Assembly: GCA_964585065.1 (NCBI GenBank)
Contig: CAZPCB010000001.1
Location: forward strand, 14,037-78,036
Length of the DNA: 64,000 nt
Reading direction: 5' to 3'
From: an uncultured Candidatus Saccharibacteria bacterium
GTDB lineage: Bacteria; Patescibacteriota; Minisyncoccia; SW-4-49-11
Part shown: positions 20,562-31,303 of the stretch, in pieces
Position numbering within the stretch: position 1 is the first letter of the stretch
Layout: each line of letters opens with the position of its first letter
Translations under genes and position numbers: made by a program
Notes under the pieces: generated by a model
Databases searched by the model: none
The model's input: the letters and a program-made list of their open reading frames with translations, nothing else
Told to the model about the DNA's origin: nothing

Positions 20562-21329
20562 TTACTCTCCCAGTCGGATGACAGGCCATTCAGACTGTCC
20601 TCCTGGTTGGGTGTTCCAGTAAGCATATATTCCTTTAACTTTTTCGGGTGCACCGTAGTCTTGTTCAGAGAAAAAATCGACTTGTAGATTTCCCTCCAAC
20701 TCTTCTTTTAAGGGGAAACATTTGGTTCCAAGTGTTGAGAAGGACTCTCCATTTAGGGTTAATTCCTGAGGGACTCGTGTGGAGCCATCAACTAGTCCTA
20801 GATGGGTGAAGCAAAGAGATTTCCGCCCTTTAGGTACTGAGTAATTTCCATCACCAGTGAGGGTGATTTTCTTACCAGATACCACAACTCTTTCAGTGGA
20901 AGGAGGAGGCTCCTCAACTGGTGGAGCTACCTGCTCGATTGGAGCAGGAGGGTTCAGCTGTGCTTCCCGAATTTGCTTCACTCCGGGGTTGAGTCCGGGG
21001 ATAAAGAAATTCAAGAGAGCGACACCCATCACCAACTTCGATAGGGGTTTGTTACCCCCAGTAAAATGCGATACTCCAGCTCCAATCAAGATTGCGATGA
21101 TCTCGAGAGGGAGTAGAGCTCCTCCAAAGAGAAGCATCCGAGCGAGAAGCCATCCCCCACTTACTCCGAGGAGTAAGTGGGGAAAGGTCCCAGAAGGGAG
21201 GCTCACTCCTTTCCCTTTCCCTGCCGGAGCAGGGGAGGAGGGTGAAGATGTTTTTGAAGAATTACTACTTGAGGTAGTGCTGGATGATGGGTTGGATTGA
21301 TTGTTAAGGCTATAGCGACGATTTGCCAT
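20562..21329 (-). CDS. Hypothetical membrane protein with Ser/Pro-rich segments
   Basis: Open ORF with GC above background; about three TM segments; GAGG upstream of ATG 21329; terminator at ~20511-20536. Confidence 0.7.
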   Translation of the reverse strand: MANRRYSLNNQSNPSSSTTSSSNSSKTSSPSSPAPAGKGKGVSLPSGTFPHLLLGVSGGWLLARMLLFGGALLPLEIIAILIGAGVSHFTGGNKPLSKLVMGVALLNFFIPGLNPGVKQIREAQLNPPAPIEQVAPPVEEPPPSTERVVVSGKKITLTGDGNYSVPKGRKSLCFTHLGLVDGSTRVPQELTLNGESFSTLGTKCFPLKEELEGNLQVDFFSEQDYGAPEKVKGIYAYWNTQPGGQSEWPVIRLGE

Positions 21330-21453
21330 AGTGCCTCGATGAAAAGAACATAATATATATAGCATATTTTAGGTAAAATGTCAATATTTATAGACATAAA
21401 CAATAAAGAAAAAAGCCGAGATAATATCTCGGCTCAGGAAGTAGATTATAAGT

Positions 21454-22449
21454 CTACTTTGATTGTAGCATGGCAAGGAGGCCACTAAGCCCACCTTCTG
21501 TGATGAACTTATCTTTATCTCCGACAATTTCCTTCAGAGCAGGTATCTCTACCAATGCTCTGTAGGCTTGTTCATCGGAGATACCGGGATCATTGCTCAA
21601 TGCTTTCACAGCACTGAGCAATCCCTCTGCCTCTGTAACTCGGTTTTTGACCTGCTGCTCAATTACTCGAGCTCGGGCTACCTCGCGATCGAGTGCAGCT
21701 TGTTGCTCCGCTTTCTCTACGGCAGATCTATTCCTAGCTTCATTGACCGTATCGGGAAGAGACAAATCATCGATGTTAATCGACATTAAGTCAACTCCAA
21801 TATTGTCAAGTTTGTCTAGGATTGAGTCACGGATCTTTCTTATATCTTCTGTGGGGTTTTCATCCTTATCAATTCTAGCTCCAACTTGCTTCAGTCCAAG
21901 AGCTTGTAGTAATTGATCAGGAGTAATTTTGGAGACTTGAATCTCATCTAGGGTTTTCCCATCTGCACGCTGAGTGGTATATTCTGCATAAGAATGTTTC
22001 TGCAGAACTAGACGTATGTAAGGGTTCAAAATGCGTTCAGTTGCCTGTAATACATCTTGATCCTCAGCATTATAATGCGCATTGTACACATTATATGCTT
22101 TTTCAGATAGATTCTTTCCCTTGATTTGAGCAATCACACTAACTTTTGCAGTTAATGTGATATCTGGTAGCTCAAGTTCAGCATAATCTCCAGGTGTTGG
22201 AGTGTCATGCCTAAATAGATATACGGGGAATTGATTGGTGCTATATGCTCCTACCAATTTTGCCCCTGGGACAATTATGTGTGGTCCCGGAGTGGCAATT
22301 CTAGAAAGAACTCCAGTTCCTGTATGATTTGGGCGACTGCCCAACCATGAGATTACATGAATCTCATCATCCGGTACAATCCAAATAGGTGGAAGATAAA
22401 AGGGCTCGAATTTAGCCATGAGTTTGTGAATGAGCATGGAACTCCTCAT
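21454..22449 (-). CDS. SPFH/band-7 domain protein
   Basis: GVDLMSINIDDLSLPDTVNEA followed by an Ala/Glu coiled coil, typical of SPFH; start uncertain. Confidence 0.7.
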   Translation of the reverse strand: MRSSMLIHKLMAKFEPFYLPPIWIVPDDEIHVISWLGSRPNHTGTGVLSRIATPGPHIIVPGAKLVGAYSTNQFPVYLFRHDTPTPGDYAELELPDITLTAKVSVIAQIKGKNLSEKAYNVYNAHYNAEDQDVLQATERILNPYIRLVLQKHSYAEYTTQRADGKTLDEIQVSKITPDQLLQALGLKQVGARIDKDENPTEDIRKIRDSILDKLDNIGVDLMSINIDDLSLPDTVNEARNRSAVEKAEQQAALDREVARARVIEQQVKNRVTEAEGLLSAVKALSNDPGISDEQAYRALVEIPALKEIVGDKDKFITEGGLSGLLAMLQSK

Positions 22450-22595
22450 TCATAACACAAAATCATAAATTTGTCAATTAATAATAACAGCTAATAAACA
22501 TATAAAATTGCTCTGACAGGACTGTATCAGAGATGAGAGATTAATTGACAATAAGTATCTTTTACTTATTAGTATTTTATATACTATATATTGTA

Positions 22596-22624
22596 TTGAC
22601 AAATAGCACTATATATATTACAAT
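22596..22624 (+). promoter_or_regulatory. Sigma70 promoter of the str operon
   Basis: TTGACA-17 bp-TACAAT. Confidence 0.7.
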
Positions 22625-22705
22625 AGAACAAGTTCCCAAAAGAGGTGTGCTTTTGAGTGTCTTTAGGTGTAAAGATGCTCACCCCGCTAATTATAATTAT
22701 TATTT

Positions 22706-23119
22706 ATGCCTACTATACAACAATTAGTACGAAAAGGTCGTAAGACCGGAGTAAAGAAAACCAAGTCCCCAGCATTGGCTAGAACTTTTAATGTTCTCAA
22801 AAATAAGCCTATGGAGAGTAATTCTCCTTTCAAAAGAGGAGTATGTGTGAAAGTTACTACTACAACTCCAAAAAAACCTAACTCAGCTTTACGTAAAATT
22901 GCAAGAGTCCGATTATCTAATGGACAAGAAGTTACTGCGTATATTCCAGGAATGGGACATAATCTTCAAGAGCATTCAGTAGTAATGCTAAGAGGAGGGC
23001 GAGTAAAAGATTTGCCTGGAGTACGATATCATATTGTTCGAGGAGTATTGGATACTGCTGGAGTAGATGGACGATCTCAAGAGCGAAGTAAATATGGGGT
23101 AAAAAAGCCGAAGAAATAA
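22706..23119 (+). CDS. rpsL: 30S ribosomal protein S12
   Basis: [10 protein letters not shown] and [13 protein letters not shown] motifs. Confidence 0.99.
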   Translation: MPTIQQLVRKGRKTGVKKTKSPALARTFNVLKNKPMESNSPFKRGVCVKVTTTTPKKPNSALRKIARVRLSNGQEVTAYIPGMGHNLQEHSVVMLRGGRVKDLPGVRYHIVRGVLDTAGVDGRSQERSKYGVKKPKK

Positions 23120-23143
23120 GGTTAATTAAGATATTGTAATATT

Positions 23144-23611
23144 ATGGCTAGAAGAAAGCGCAATTATACCAGAGAAATCGAACTTGATCCAAGATACAAG
23201 AATCTTTTGGTTTCTCAATTTATCAACTATATTATGTTGGATGGTAAAAAGTCAGTAGCTCGAAATGTATTTTATGGAGCTATGGATATTATTGAGAAAG
23301 ATTATTCACAAGAACCATTGAATGTATTCAATACTGCGGTAAAAAATGTATCTCCTGCAGTTGAGGTGAAATCTCGAAGAGTTGGGGGTGCTAATTATCA
23401 AGTACCGGTAGAAGTTCGACCAGAACGAAAAACTTCTCTTGCTTTCCGATGGATTCTTGATGCTGTGCGCAAGAAAAAAGGTAAATCAACTGATAAAAAA
23501 TTAGCTGAAGAGTTAATGGATGCTTTCAATAAAACTGGTTCTGTTATCAAGAAAAAAGATGATACCCAGAGAATGGCGGAAGCAAACCGAGCTTTTGCTC
23601 ATTTGAGATAA
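23144..23611 (+). CDS. rpsG: 30S ribosomal protein S7
   Basis: RRVGGANYQVP and MAEANRAFAH motifs. Confidence 0.99.
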   Translation: MARRKRNYTREIELDPRYKNLLVSQFINYIMLDGKKSVARNVFYGAMDIIEKDYSQEPLNVFNTAVKNVSPAVEVKSRRVGGANYQVPVEVRPERKTSLAFRWILDAVRKKKGKSTDKKLAEELMDAFNKTGSVIKKKDDTQRMAEANRAFAHLR

Positions 23612-23700
23612 TTGAAATACTGCTAAGAATCCTGTCTATGAATATCATGGTCAGGATTTACGCGGTAAGTATACTAATTAGTAATTAATAATCAAATACT

Positions 23701-25821
23701 ATGGCCAAAGATCACAAAGATATTCCTCTTGATGATGTTCGTAATATTGGAATTATTGCGCATATTGATGCAGGTAAAACTACTACTACAGAGCGAATTT
23801 TGTATTTCACTGGATTAAAGCATAAAATTGGTGAAGTTCATGATGGTGCGGCTGAAATGGATTGGATGGCACAAGAGCGAGAGCGAGGAATTACTATTAC
23901 CTCAGCTGCTACTACTTGTTTTTGGAAAGATCATAGAATTAATATTATTGATACTCCTGGCCATGTTGATTTTACTATGGAAGTGGAGCGATCTCTTCGT
24001 GTTCTTGATGGTGCTGTTACCGTATTCGATGGAAAATCTGGTGTAGAGCCACAATCTGAGACGGTTTGGCGACAAGCTGATAGATATAATGTGCCTCGAA
24101 TTTGTTTTGTAAACAAAATCAATCAAACTGGAGGAGATTTTTATAAATCATTTGCATCTATTCAGGAGCGATTATCTAAAGATGCTGTAGTGATTGCGCT
24201 TCCTATTGGATTTGAGCAAGGTATACGAGGTCTTGTAGATTTGGTTGAGAATAAAGCCTATGTCTATGCTGATGATGCTGGTATGACTGAAATTGTTGAG
24301 GCTGAAATCCCCGCAGATATGCTTGAGCAAGTAGAAGAATATCGACAAGTATTGATGGAGAAGGTCTCAGAAGTAGATGATAGACTTATTGAATTATTCT
24401 TGAATGATGGTGTGCTCTCAACTGAAGAGATGAAATATGCTATTCGACGAGGAACTCTTGAATCAAAGATTTTCCCGGTACTCGGAGGAGATTCTCGAAC
24501 TGCTATTGTTCGAAAGCTTCTTGATGCTGTTATTGATTATCTTCCATCTCCACTGGATATTGATGCTGCCAAAGGAACTGATGTACATGATGAAGAAAAA
24601 GAATTAGAGCGAAAGGCAGATAAAAATGAGCCATTTGCAGGACTTGCTTTCAAAATTGCAACTGACCCTTATATTGGACAATTAGTATTCTTCCGAGTCT
24701 ATTCGGGAACTCTTAAGAGTGGAAGTTATGTATATAACTCAACCAAGGGGGAGAAAGAGCGAATTTCTCGACTTGTTTTGATGCATGCTAATTCCCGAAC
24801 AGAAGTAGATGAATTATCTGCAGGAGAAATTGGAGCTATTGTAGGACTTAAGAATACTACTACTGGAGATACTCTTTGTGATGAGAAAAATCCTATTATC
24901 TTGGAGAAAATTGTAATCCCAGAACCCGTTATTCAGATTAAACTTGAGCCAAAGACTAAGGTTGATCAAGAAAAAATGAGTTTAGCTCTTCACAAATTAT
25001 CTGATGAAGATCCAACTCTTAAAGTAAGTTCTGATGAAGTTACTGGAGATACTCTTATTGCAGGAATGGGAGAGCTTCATCTTGATATTATTGTGGATCG
25101 TATGAAGCGAGAATTTGGTGTGGAAGTAAATGTAGGACAACCACAAGTAGCTTATAAAGAAGCTATTCAAGGTACTGCTGAAGCACAAGGAAAATATATC
25201 AAACAATCAGGAGGAAAAGGACAATATGGAGATGTATATCTTCGTGTTGAGTCATTTGATCCTGAGACAGTTGAAATTGACCCAAAGAAGCCACAACATT
25301 ATATCTTTGGTAATGAATTAAAGGGAGGATCTATTCCATCAGAATATGTACCTGCTATTGAAAAGGGTATTAAGGAATCTATAGACCGAGGAGTTATAGC
25401 TGGATACCCATTGATTAATATCAAAGCAACGGTATATGATGGATCATATCATGATGTTGACTCCTCTGAATCAGCTTTCAAAATTGCAGGTTCTATGGCT
25501 CTTTCAGCAGCTGTAAAAAAAGCAAATCCTATTATTCTTGAGCCAATTATGGCAGTAGAAGTAACTATCCCAGAACAATATATGGGAGATGTGGTGGGAG
25601 ATTTGAATTCACGACGAGGACTTATTGAAGAAATGAATGATAGAACTGGTGGACTCAAAGTTGTATCAGCAAAAGTACCTCTATCTTCAATGTTTGGATA
25701 TGTAACTACACTTCGGTCTATGACACAAGGACGAGGAAATGCAGTAATGGAATTCAATGATTATCAGCCAGTTCCTAGCAATGTACAACAAGATATTATT
25801 GCCAAGAGAACAGCGAGATAA
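23701..25821 (+). CDS. fusA: Elongation factor G
   Basis: [28 protein letters not shown] and GMGELHL motifs. Confidence 0.99.
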   Translation: MAKDHKDIPLDDVRNIGIIAHIDAGKTTTTERILYFTGLKHKIGEVHDGAAEMDWMAQERERGITITSAATTCFWKDHRINIIDTPGHVDFTMEVERSLRVLDGAVTVFDGKSGVEPQSETVWRQADRYNVPRICFVNKINQTGGDFYKSFASIQERLSKDAVVIALPIGFEQGIRGLVDLVENKAYVYADDAGMTEIVEAEIPADMLEQVEEYRQVLMEKVSEVDDRLIELFLNDGVLSTEEMKYAIRRGTLESKIFPVLGGDSRTAIVRKLLDAVIDYLPSPLDIDAAKGTDVHDEEKELERKADKNEPFAGLAFKIATDPYIGQLVFFRVYSGTLKSGSYVYNSTKGEKERISRLVLMHANSRTEVDELSAGEIGAIVGLKNTTTGDTLCDEKNPIILEKIVIPEPVIQIKLEPKTKVDQEKMSLALHKLSDEDPTLKVSSDEVTGDTLIAGMGELHLDIIVDRMKREFGVEVNVGQPQVAYKEAIQGTAEAQGKYIKQSGGKGQYGDVYLRVESFDPETVEIDPKKPQHYIFGNELKGGSIPSEYVPAIEKGIKESIDRGVIAGYPLINIKATVYDGSYHDVDSSESAFKIAGSMALSAAVKKANPIILEPIMAVEVTIPEQYMGDVVGDLNSRRGLIEEMNDRTGGLKVVSAKVPLSSMFGYVTTLRSMTQGRGNAVMEFNDYQPVPSNVQQDIIAKRTAR

Positions 25822-25835
25822 TTATAGGGTACTTC

Positions 25836-25872
25836 ACAACAAAAGCTGGGCTACAAACCTAGTTTTTGTGTT
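25836..25872 (+). terminator. Probable terminator after fusA
   Basis: aaaagctggg-ctacaaa-cctagttttt hairpin with T-run. Confidence 0.6.
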
Positions 25873-25908
25873 TATGATATACTGTAAGTATTAATATAAT
25901 TATATTCT

Positions 25909-27048
25909 ATGCCACTTGCAGATAGCGTCAGGCCCATCGATTTGAATGCCTTTATAGGGCAGAAACACCTTGTAGGAGAAGGGAAACCTCTCTATCTGTG
26001 TATTACACAGCAATTACCACAATCTTTTATTTTGTGGGGTCCTCCTGGAGTGGGTAAAACCACCTTAGCCCGTATATACAGTAATGCAATTGATGGCAAA
26101 TTATATGAAGTCTCAGCGGTAAGAGCAGGCAAAAAAGATATAGAAGCAATTATCAAAGATAATACGGAGCAGCAAAAGATTTTATTCCTGGATGAGATAC
26201 ATCGATTTAATAAGGCTCAACAAGATTATTTACTGCCTTTTGTAGAAGACGGTACTCTGATTCTGATTGGAGCTAGTACCGAGAATCCAAGTTTTGAGAT
26301 TATAGCTGCCCTACAATCTCGTTGTATTATCTATACACTTATTGCACTTACTGTAGAGGAAATACAAAATATATTAACTCAGGCGGGATTAGATAATGCT
26401 AGTATAAGCGAGTATATTGCTCAATATGCTAATGGAGATGCCCGTAAGGCTTTAGGAATTTATGAGAGAGCCAAGTCTATGTATGGTGATTCTATCAGTA
26501 TTGAGAATATTGAAGCTATTCTGAAAGATACCAATCTTAGATATGATAGGGCAGGGGAGGAGCATTATGATGTTATTAGTGCTTTTATCAAAAGTATGAG
26601 AGCCAGCCAAGTAGATGCAGCTTTATATTATCTTGCTCGTATGCTAGAAGGGGGAGAAGACCCTAAATTTATTGCTCGTAGAATGATTATATTTGCAAGT
26701 GAGGATATTGGGATGGCTTTACCAACAGCTCTTGTGATTGCCAATGAAGTATTCCGAACAGTAGAAGTAGTGGGATTACCAGAGGCTTCTATTAATCTCG
26801 CGCATGGAGTTGTGTATTTGGCTCAAGCACCTAAAGATCGGCGAGTATATGATGCTATTAAAGATGCTCAAAGAGAAGTAAAACAGTCAGGGAACCTTAC
26901 AATACCATTGAATATTCGTAATGCTCCTACTAATTTAATGAAAGATTTGGGCTATGGGAAAGATTATGAGCTCTATGATACTGAAAGTTATCTTCCAGAA
27001 AAAATACAGAATAAAACATTTTGGCAAAAATCTAAAAAAGAGAAGTAA
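25909..27048 (+). CDS. rarA: Replication-associated recombination protein A (MgsA/RarA AAA+ ATPase)
   Basis: WGPPGVGKTT, DEIHRFNKAQQD, ENPSF and SAFIKSMR motifs. Confidence 0.96.
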   Translation: MPLADSVRPIDLNAFIGQKHLVGEGKPLYLCITQQLPQSFILWGPPGVGKTTLARIYSNAIDGKLYEVSAVRAGKKDIEAIIKDNTEQQKILFLDEIHRFNKAQQDYLLPFVEDGTLILIGASTENPSFEIIAALQSRCIIYTLIALTVEEIQNILTQAGLDNASISEYIAQYANGDARKALGIYERAKSMYGDSISIENIEAILKDTNLRYDRAGEEHYDVISAFIKSMRASQVDAALYYLARMLEGGEDPKFIARRMIIFASEDIGMALPTALVIANEVFRTVEVVGLPEASINLAHGVVYLAQAPKDRRVYDAIKDAQREVKQSGNLTIPLNIRNAPTNLMKDLGYGKDYELYDTESYLPEKIQNKTFWQKSKKEK

Positions 27049-27050
27049 AT

Positions 27051-27080
27051 AAAAAAGGGAGTTTATAGGCTCCCTTTTTT
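27051..27080. terminator. Bidirectional terminator between convergent genes
   Basis: aaaaaagggagttt-at-aggctcccttttttt. Confidence 0.8.
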
Positions 27081-27099
27081 ATCTTGAGATTCCCGTGAC

Positions 27100-29817
27100 T
27101 TAATTAAAGTCTTTTTGGCGGAATATTTTTCTCCACACAAATCGTCGAGTATGAGCTAAGGCAACATAGAATACCGGATAGGCAAATATTACCAATAGGG
27201 TACTAGATGCAAGTCCGAATACCAATGCATAGGCAAGTCCTTCCCAGAATGGGTCAGCAAAGGCTAGAGGAAGTATACCCACAATAGTTGAGAGAGAAGT
27301 AGTAATCAAAGCTCGGAAACGATATTTTATTGCCCCAGAAATTGATTCTCGAATAGATCCCGTTTCTTCTAAGACTGTATTAGAATAGTCGAGTAAGAGA
27401 ATAGTATTATTAACCACAATACCGACTAATCCCGTAATACCAATTAAGGCAAAGAAGCTTAATGGGTTATTGGTCAAATAGAGTCCAAAGAATAATCCAG
27501 GGAATGAGAATGGGACAGCCATTAAGATTAGGAATGGTTGACTCAAGGAATTGAATTGCAATACCAAGAGTATATACATAATGATAATAGCCGCAATAAG
27601 AGCAAATATCGCAGATTGGAAGGAGTCAAGATTTTCTCCTTGTTGTCCTAGATCAAATGCAACTCCATCTTTGGCTAAACTATACTTGGAGCGGAATTCA
27701 TCAGTATCAAATTTTTCTTTCATAGCTGTCTGAGCTTCTAATACCAAATTAGTATTCTCAGGGTCAGACACAGCAACTTGTACTGAGGCATAACGACGTC
27801 CATCTTTTCGAGTAATAGTATCAATATTATTGATGATTACATCTTTTATTTCACCACCATTTAATTTAATATCCTTGGTAAAGTCTCGAATTTCTTTAGT
27901 TGAATTCTCAAGAGTTTTTTGATCATCTGAGAATACTTGGAAAGTAATTTGATAATCATCAGTTGGAGGCCCAGCTCCAGATATACCTGCCTTTACTTTC
28001 AAATCCTTAAGCTTTACATTATCTGCAATCTTATCATTAATCTCGGATACAATAGTAGCTGAAGTTTTCTCTCTTTCTCCAAGAGGGGTAAGAGTAATAT
28101 ACATTAATACTCCATTTGAATCAGCATTAAAGTAGGTAATATCATCAATATACTCAGCATTGGTATCCTTTATGATTTTCTCAATTTCCTTAGTAGTATC
28201 AATAGATTTCTGAATATCACGATTATCCTTTAATATAGAAGTAACCGTAATTTCATTGGTATCTTTGGCTGGAGCAAAAATAGCAAATTTAAGCTTAGTT
28301 GCAGTAAATATTCCTCCACCAATAAGAGCAATTGTTAATACAAATATTATAGTACTACGCCATATATTATTAAGATACCAATTAGTATACTGATATACCT
28401 TAATATTAATCCAATCAATAATACCAGGAACAAAATAGAGAACATTATACAATGCTTTACTAATACCTTTGCGCTTTACTTTAACTCCAGTCTCAGCCTC
28501 ATAATGAGGTAATACCAGATTTGCAAAGAAAGGAATCAGAGTAAGACTTACAATAAGAGATAAAGCTAAAGTCAAGATAACGGTAATAGGAATAAGCTTA
28601 ATAAATTCTCCTAAAGTACCAGATACAAGAGCAATAGGAATAAAGGCTAGAATGGTAGTAACAGTTCCTGATATATCAGCTAGCCCAACAGTATTAATGG
28701 CCTTTATAACCGCTTGTTTACCTCGGTGTCCCGCTTTACGGGCATTATCAATAGCATCAATCACGAGAATGGCATCATCTGCGATTAATCCAATCACTAG
28801 AATAAGACCAAATAAAGTAAGAGTATTAAGAGAATATCCAATTAGATATAATCCTAAAGAAGTAAGTGCAATAGAGACAGGGATGAATACCGCAATAACC
28901 ACAGAAGCCCTCCAGTTCACAATTAATATCATAATAATCATTACTGCAAGAAGCCCAGATATAGCACTTTCCTGGAGTAAAGATAATTGAGCTTTGAGTG
29001 AATTAGAAGCATCTCCACCACCAAATATCACATCATATCCATCTAAATCCCCTGAATCTTTGAGCTTTTGAACTTTATCTTGAATAGCCTGTGAGAATTC
29101 AATAGTACCAACATTAGTGTCTCTGACAGCACCAATAAGAATGGCATCAGTAAATACTAATTTATTATCAGCATTACGATGAGCAGATCTTCCAAATTTA
29201 ATTTGCTCTAAATTAGATTCTCCCGTAATAGGATTCGTTTGAACTTCTTGTAAATCAATTACATTTGTTCGAGTAACTGAATTAACAGCATCTATTTCCT
29301 TTGCAACAAAAGTTGCTTTATCTTGTAATTCTTGAGTAGATTTCCCATTGCCAATCAAACTAAATACCAAATCATTTTCTCCATCAAAAGAAGCAGCATT
29401 AATAGTGACAAAAGAGGATTTTGTATCCTTTGGTAAATTAATTCCATTCACCGCATCTTCTAATAATTTTGCCCCAGCCTTAGAAGTTGTACCTTCTTTG
29501 AACTCGACTGTAATATTAGAGAAATTATCAGCGCTGGTAGAGGTAATAGCTTTAATCTCCTGTATGCTTCCAATAGCCGATTCAATTGGGCCGGTAACAT
29601 CTTTATCTACAAGCCCTTTGTCATTAACAAAATAAGGCGTTTGAATAAGGGCAACCGGAACCTCAATAGTAGGGAAGCCTTCTCGTTTAAGGAATGTGGT
29701 ATAAGCCGCAGTTCCAATTGCAAGAATACCCACTAATAAAAGAACAGTAATTCGCCATTTATTCAGGAAGAATAAGGCAATTTTTGTTAATGCATCTGGT
29801 TTATTGGATGTATCCAT
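27100..29817 (-). CDS. RND (AcrB/AcrD/AcrF family) transporter permease
   Basis: GLIADDAILVID and GIVVNNTILLLD motifs; two TM bundles. Confidence 0.92.
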   Translation of the reverse strand: MDTSNKPDALTKIALFFLNKWRITVLLLVGILAIGTAAYTTFLKREGFPTIEVPVALIQTPYFVNDKGLVDKDVTGPIESAIGSIQEIKAITSTSADNFSNITVEFKEGTTSKAGAKLLEDAVNGINLPKDTKSSFVTINAASFDGENDLVFSLIGNGKSTQELQDKATFVAKEIDAVNSVTRTNVIDLQEVQTNPITGESNLEQIKFGRSAHRNADNKLVFTDAILIGAVRDTNVGTIEFSQAIQDKVQKLKDSGDLDGYDVIFGGGDASNSLKAQLSLLQESAISGLLAVMIIMILIVNWRASVVIAVFIPVSIALTSLGLYLIGYSLNTLTLFGLILVIGLIADDAILVIDAIDNARKAGHRGKQAVIKAINTVGLADISGTVTTILAFIPIALVSGTLGEFIKLIPITVILTLALSLIVSLTLIPFFANLVLPHYEAETGVKVKRKGISKALYNVLYFVPGIIDWINIKVYQYTNWYLNNIWRSTIIFVLTIALIGGGIFTATKLKFAIFAPAKDTNEITVTSILKDNRDIQKSIDTTKEIEKIIKDTNAEYIDDITYFNADSNGVLMYITLTPLGEREKTSATIVSEINDKIADNVKLKDLKVKAGISGAGPPTDDYQITFQVFSDDQKTLENSTKEIRDFTKDIKLNGGEIKDVIINNIDTITRKDGRRYASVQVAVSDPENTNLVLEAQTAMKEKFDTDEFRSKYSLAKDGVAFDLGQQGENLDSFQSAIFALIAAIIIMYILLVLQFNSLSQPFLILMAVPFSFPGLFFGLYLTNNPLSFFALIGITGLVGIVVNNTILLLDYSNTVLEETGSIRESISGAIKYRFRALITTSLSTIVGILPLAFADPFWEGLAYALVFGLASSTLLVIFAYPVFYVALAHTRRFVWRKIFRQKDFN

Positions 29818-29930
29818 ACTGATAATTAATTACTACATAGAGTTACTGCATTCAGTATATACGATATATAGGTTTCTAGCAAACAAAATAATAGATTGCT
29901 AAATGAAAAAGAGGAGATTTTTTTAATATA

Positions 29931-30188
29931 TTATTTTTTTGTATAAATAAATTTTTGAATAGCAAGAATAAACCACAAGATAACCGTGATAGCCGTAACA
30001 ATAGTAGATAACCATAATTGCAGAGACGCAAAAGACAAACCAACAGCAGTTAGCGATAGAGCATAGGGAATAGAAGTCCAATAACTTACTGGTCCAGTTT
30101 TAGTCTGAAACCCTAATATCACTTGAGGGATCAGGGATATAGAAATAATAATACTGGCAATAGTAATAACAATATCTTGTATATTCAT
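29931..30188 (-). CDS. PQ-loop / SemiSWEET-like small transporter
   Basis: 85 aa, three TMs, LIPQV motif. Confidence 0.75.
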   Translation of the reverse strand: MNIQDIVITIASIIISISLIPQVILGFQTKTGPVSYWTSIPYALSLTAVGLSFASLQLWLSTIVTAITVILWFILAIQKFIYTKK

Positions 30189-30272
30189 AAAATAATTTAG
30201 TATATATGTATAGTAAACCGATATATAACTCTAGTCAATAAATCAAATATCTGATAAAATAAGCAAGATATT

Positions 30273-30358
30273 GGAGAGTTCGCATAGTTGGTCTAGTGCG
30301 CACGCTTGGAAAGCGTGTATACCGAAAGGTATCAAGAGTTCGAATCTCTTACTCTCCG
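30273..30358 (+). tRNA. tRNA-Ser(GGA)
   Basis: Cloverleaf with anticodon arm cacgc-tt-GGA-aa-gcgtg, long variable arm, GTTCGAATC; CCA not encoded. Confidence 0.97.
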
Positions 30359-30636
30359 CAAAATCCCCCCCAGCCCCGTCTCGGACACCTACGGTTTCCG
30401 ACACTCGGGAATAAATCCCTCGCTGCCTTCCTGCACGGGGGATTTTGCCTTCATACATACGATGTATGAAATCCTGAAGGAAGTTTTATAGATTCGAACT
30501 CGGGAAGGGTATATGGTTTTTTGTCTCCCTTTGGAGGCTTTCGTCCCTCCTATATTTATTTAGGAGGGGGAGTACCCGTAGGGTGAGGGTTTCAAGGAGC
30601 AAATCCCATTTGCGACGAGTTCGGAATCTCTCTCCG
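30359..30636 (+). mobile_element. Structured tRNA-linked element ending in a degenerate copy of the tRNA-Ser 3' end
   Basis: gagttcggaatctctctccg (30617-30636) resembles tRNA 30336-30358; inverted copy agattcgaactc at 30490-30501; GC-rich hairpins. Confidence 0.55.
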
Positions 30637-30764
30637 TATGAGTATTCTCAAAAACTTCATAATTAGTTTAGTATATATACTGGCGTGAAGAGAATGAAAA
30701 GTATATAATATATAGAGATTTAATAAGCTAAGAAAGTAGAAGAGGTACCGTTAAAACAGTAATT

Positions 30765-31226
30765 ATGAAACAAAATAATTTGGGTAAATTATCAAAAGGA
30801 ATAACAGGAATAGCAGGTGAATACTATGTCGCGGGTGAATTATCAAGACGTGGTTATATGGCTTCTATTACTTTACGAAATAACGATAGTATTGATATTC
30901 ATGCTTCTAATTTAGTGGACAATAAAATATTTGCAATACAAGTAAAGACGAGTCAATATTCTGGACGCAAATGGCCTGTTGGACAAAAGGCTGAAAACTT
31001 GCATTCAGGCAATATGTTTTATATCTTTGTTGCGTTTAAAAAAATAGACGAACGACCTGAATATTTTATCGTTCCAAGTAAAGACGTTGCTAAACACGTA
31101 AAAGAGGGACATAAAAAATGGCTTGAAACACCAGGTAAAAAAGGGCAAACGCATAAAGATACATCCATGCGACAATTCAGTGACAAGGACGGAAAATATT
31201 TAGAACGTTGGGATCTTTTAATGTAA
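30765..31226 (+). CDS. PD-(D/E)XK restriction-endonuclease-like protein
   Basis: GIAGEYYVAGEL...IDIHAS...IQVKT motif. Confidence 0.8.
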   Translation: MKQNNLGKLSKGITGIAGEYYVAGELSRRGYMASITLRNNDSIDIHASNLVDNKIFAIQVKTSQYSGRKWPVGQKAENLHSGNMFYIFVAFKKIDERPEYFIVPSKDVAKHVKEGHKKWLETPGKKGQTHKDTSMRQFSDKDGKYLERWDLLM

Positions 31227-31303
31227 AAGATGTAACACCCGATACCCCCCCTATTTCCTTTTATATGATATAATACAGGTATATAATATCTAAACTCAAC
31301 ACT

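Noticed and set aside
30243-30491. Short ORFs over tRNA-Ser
   Set aside because: They overlap the tRNA; spurious
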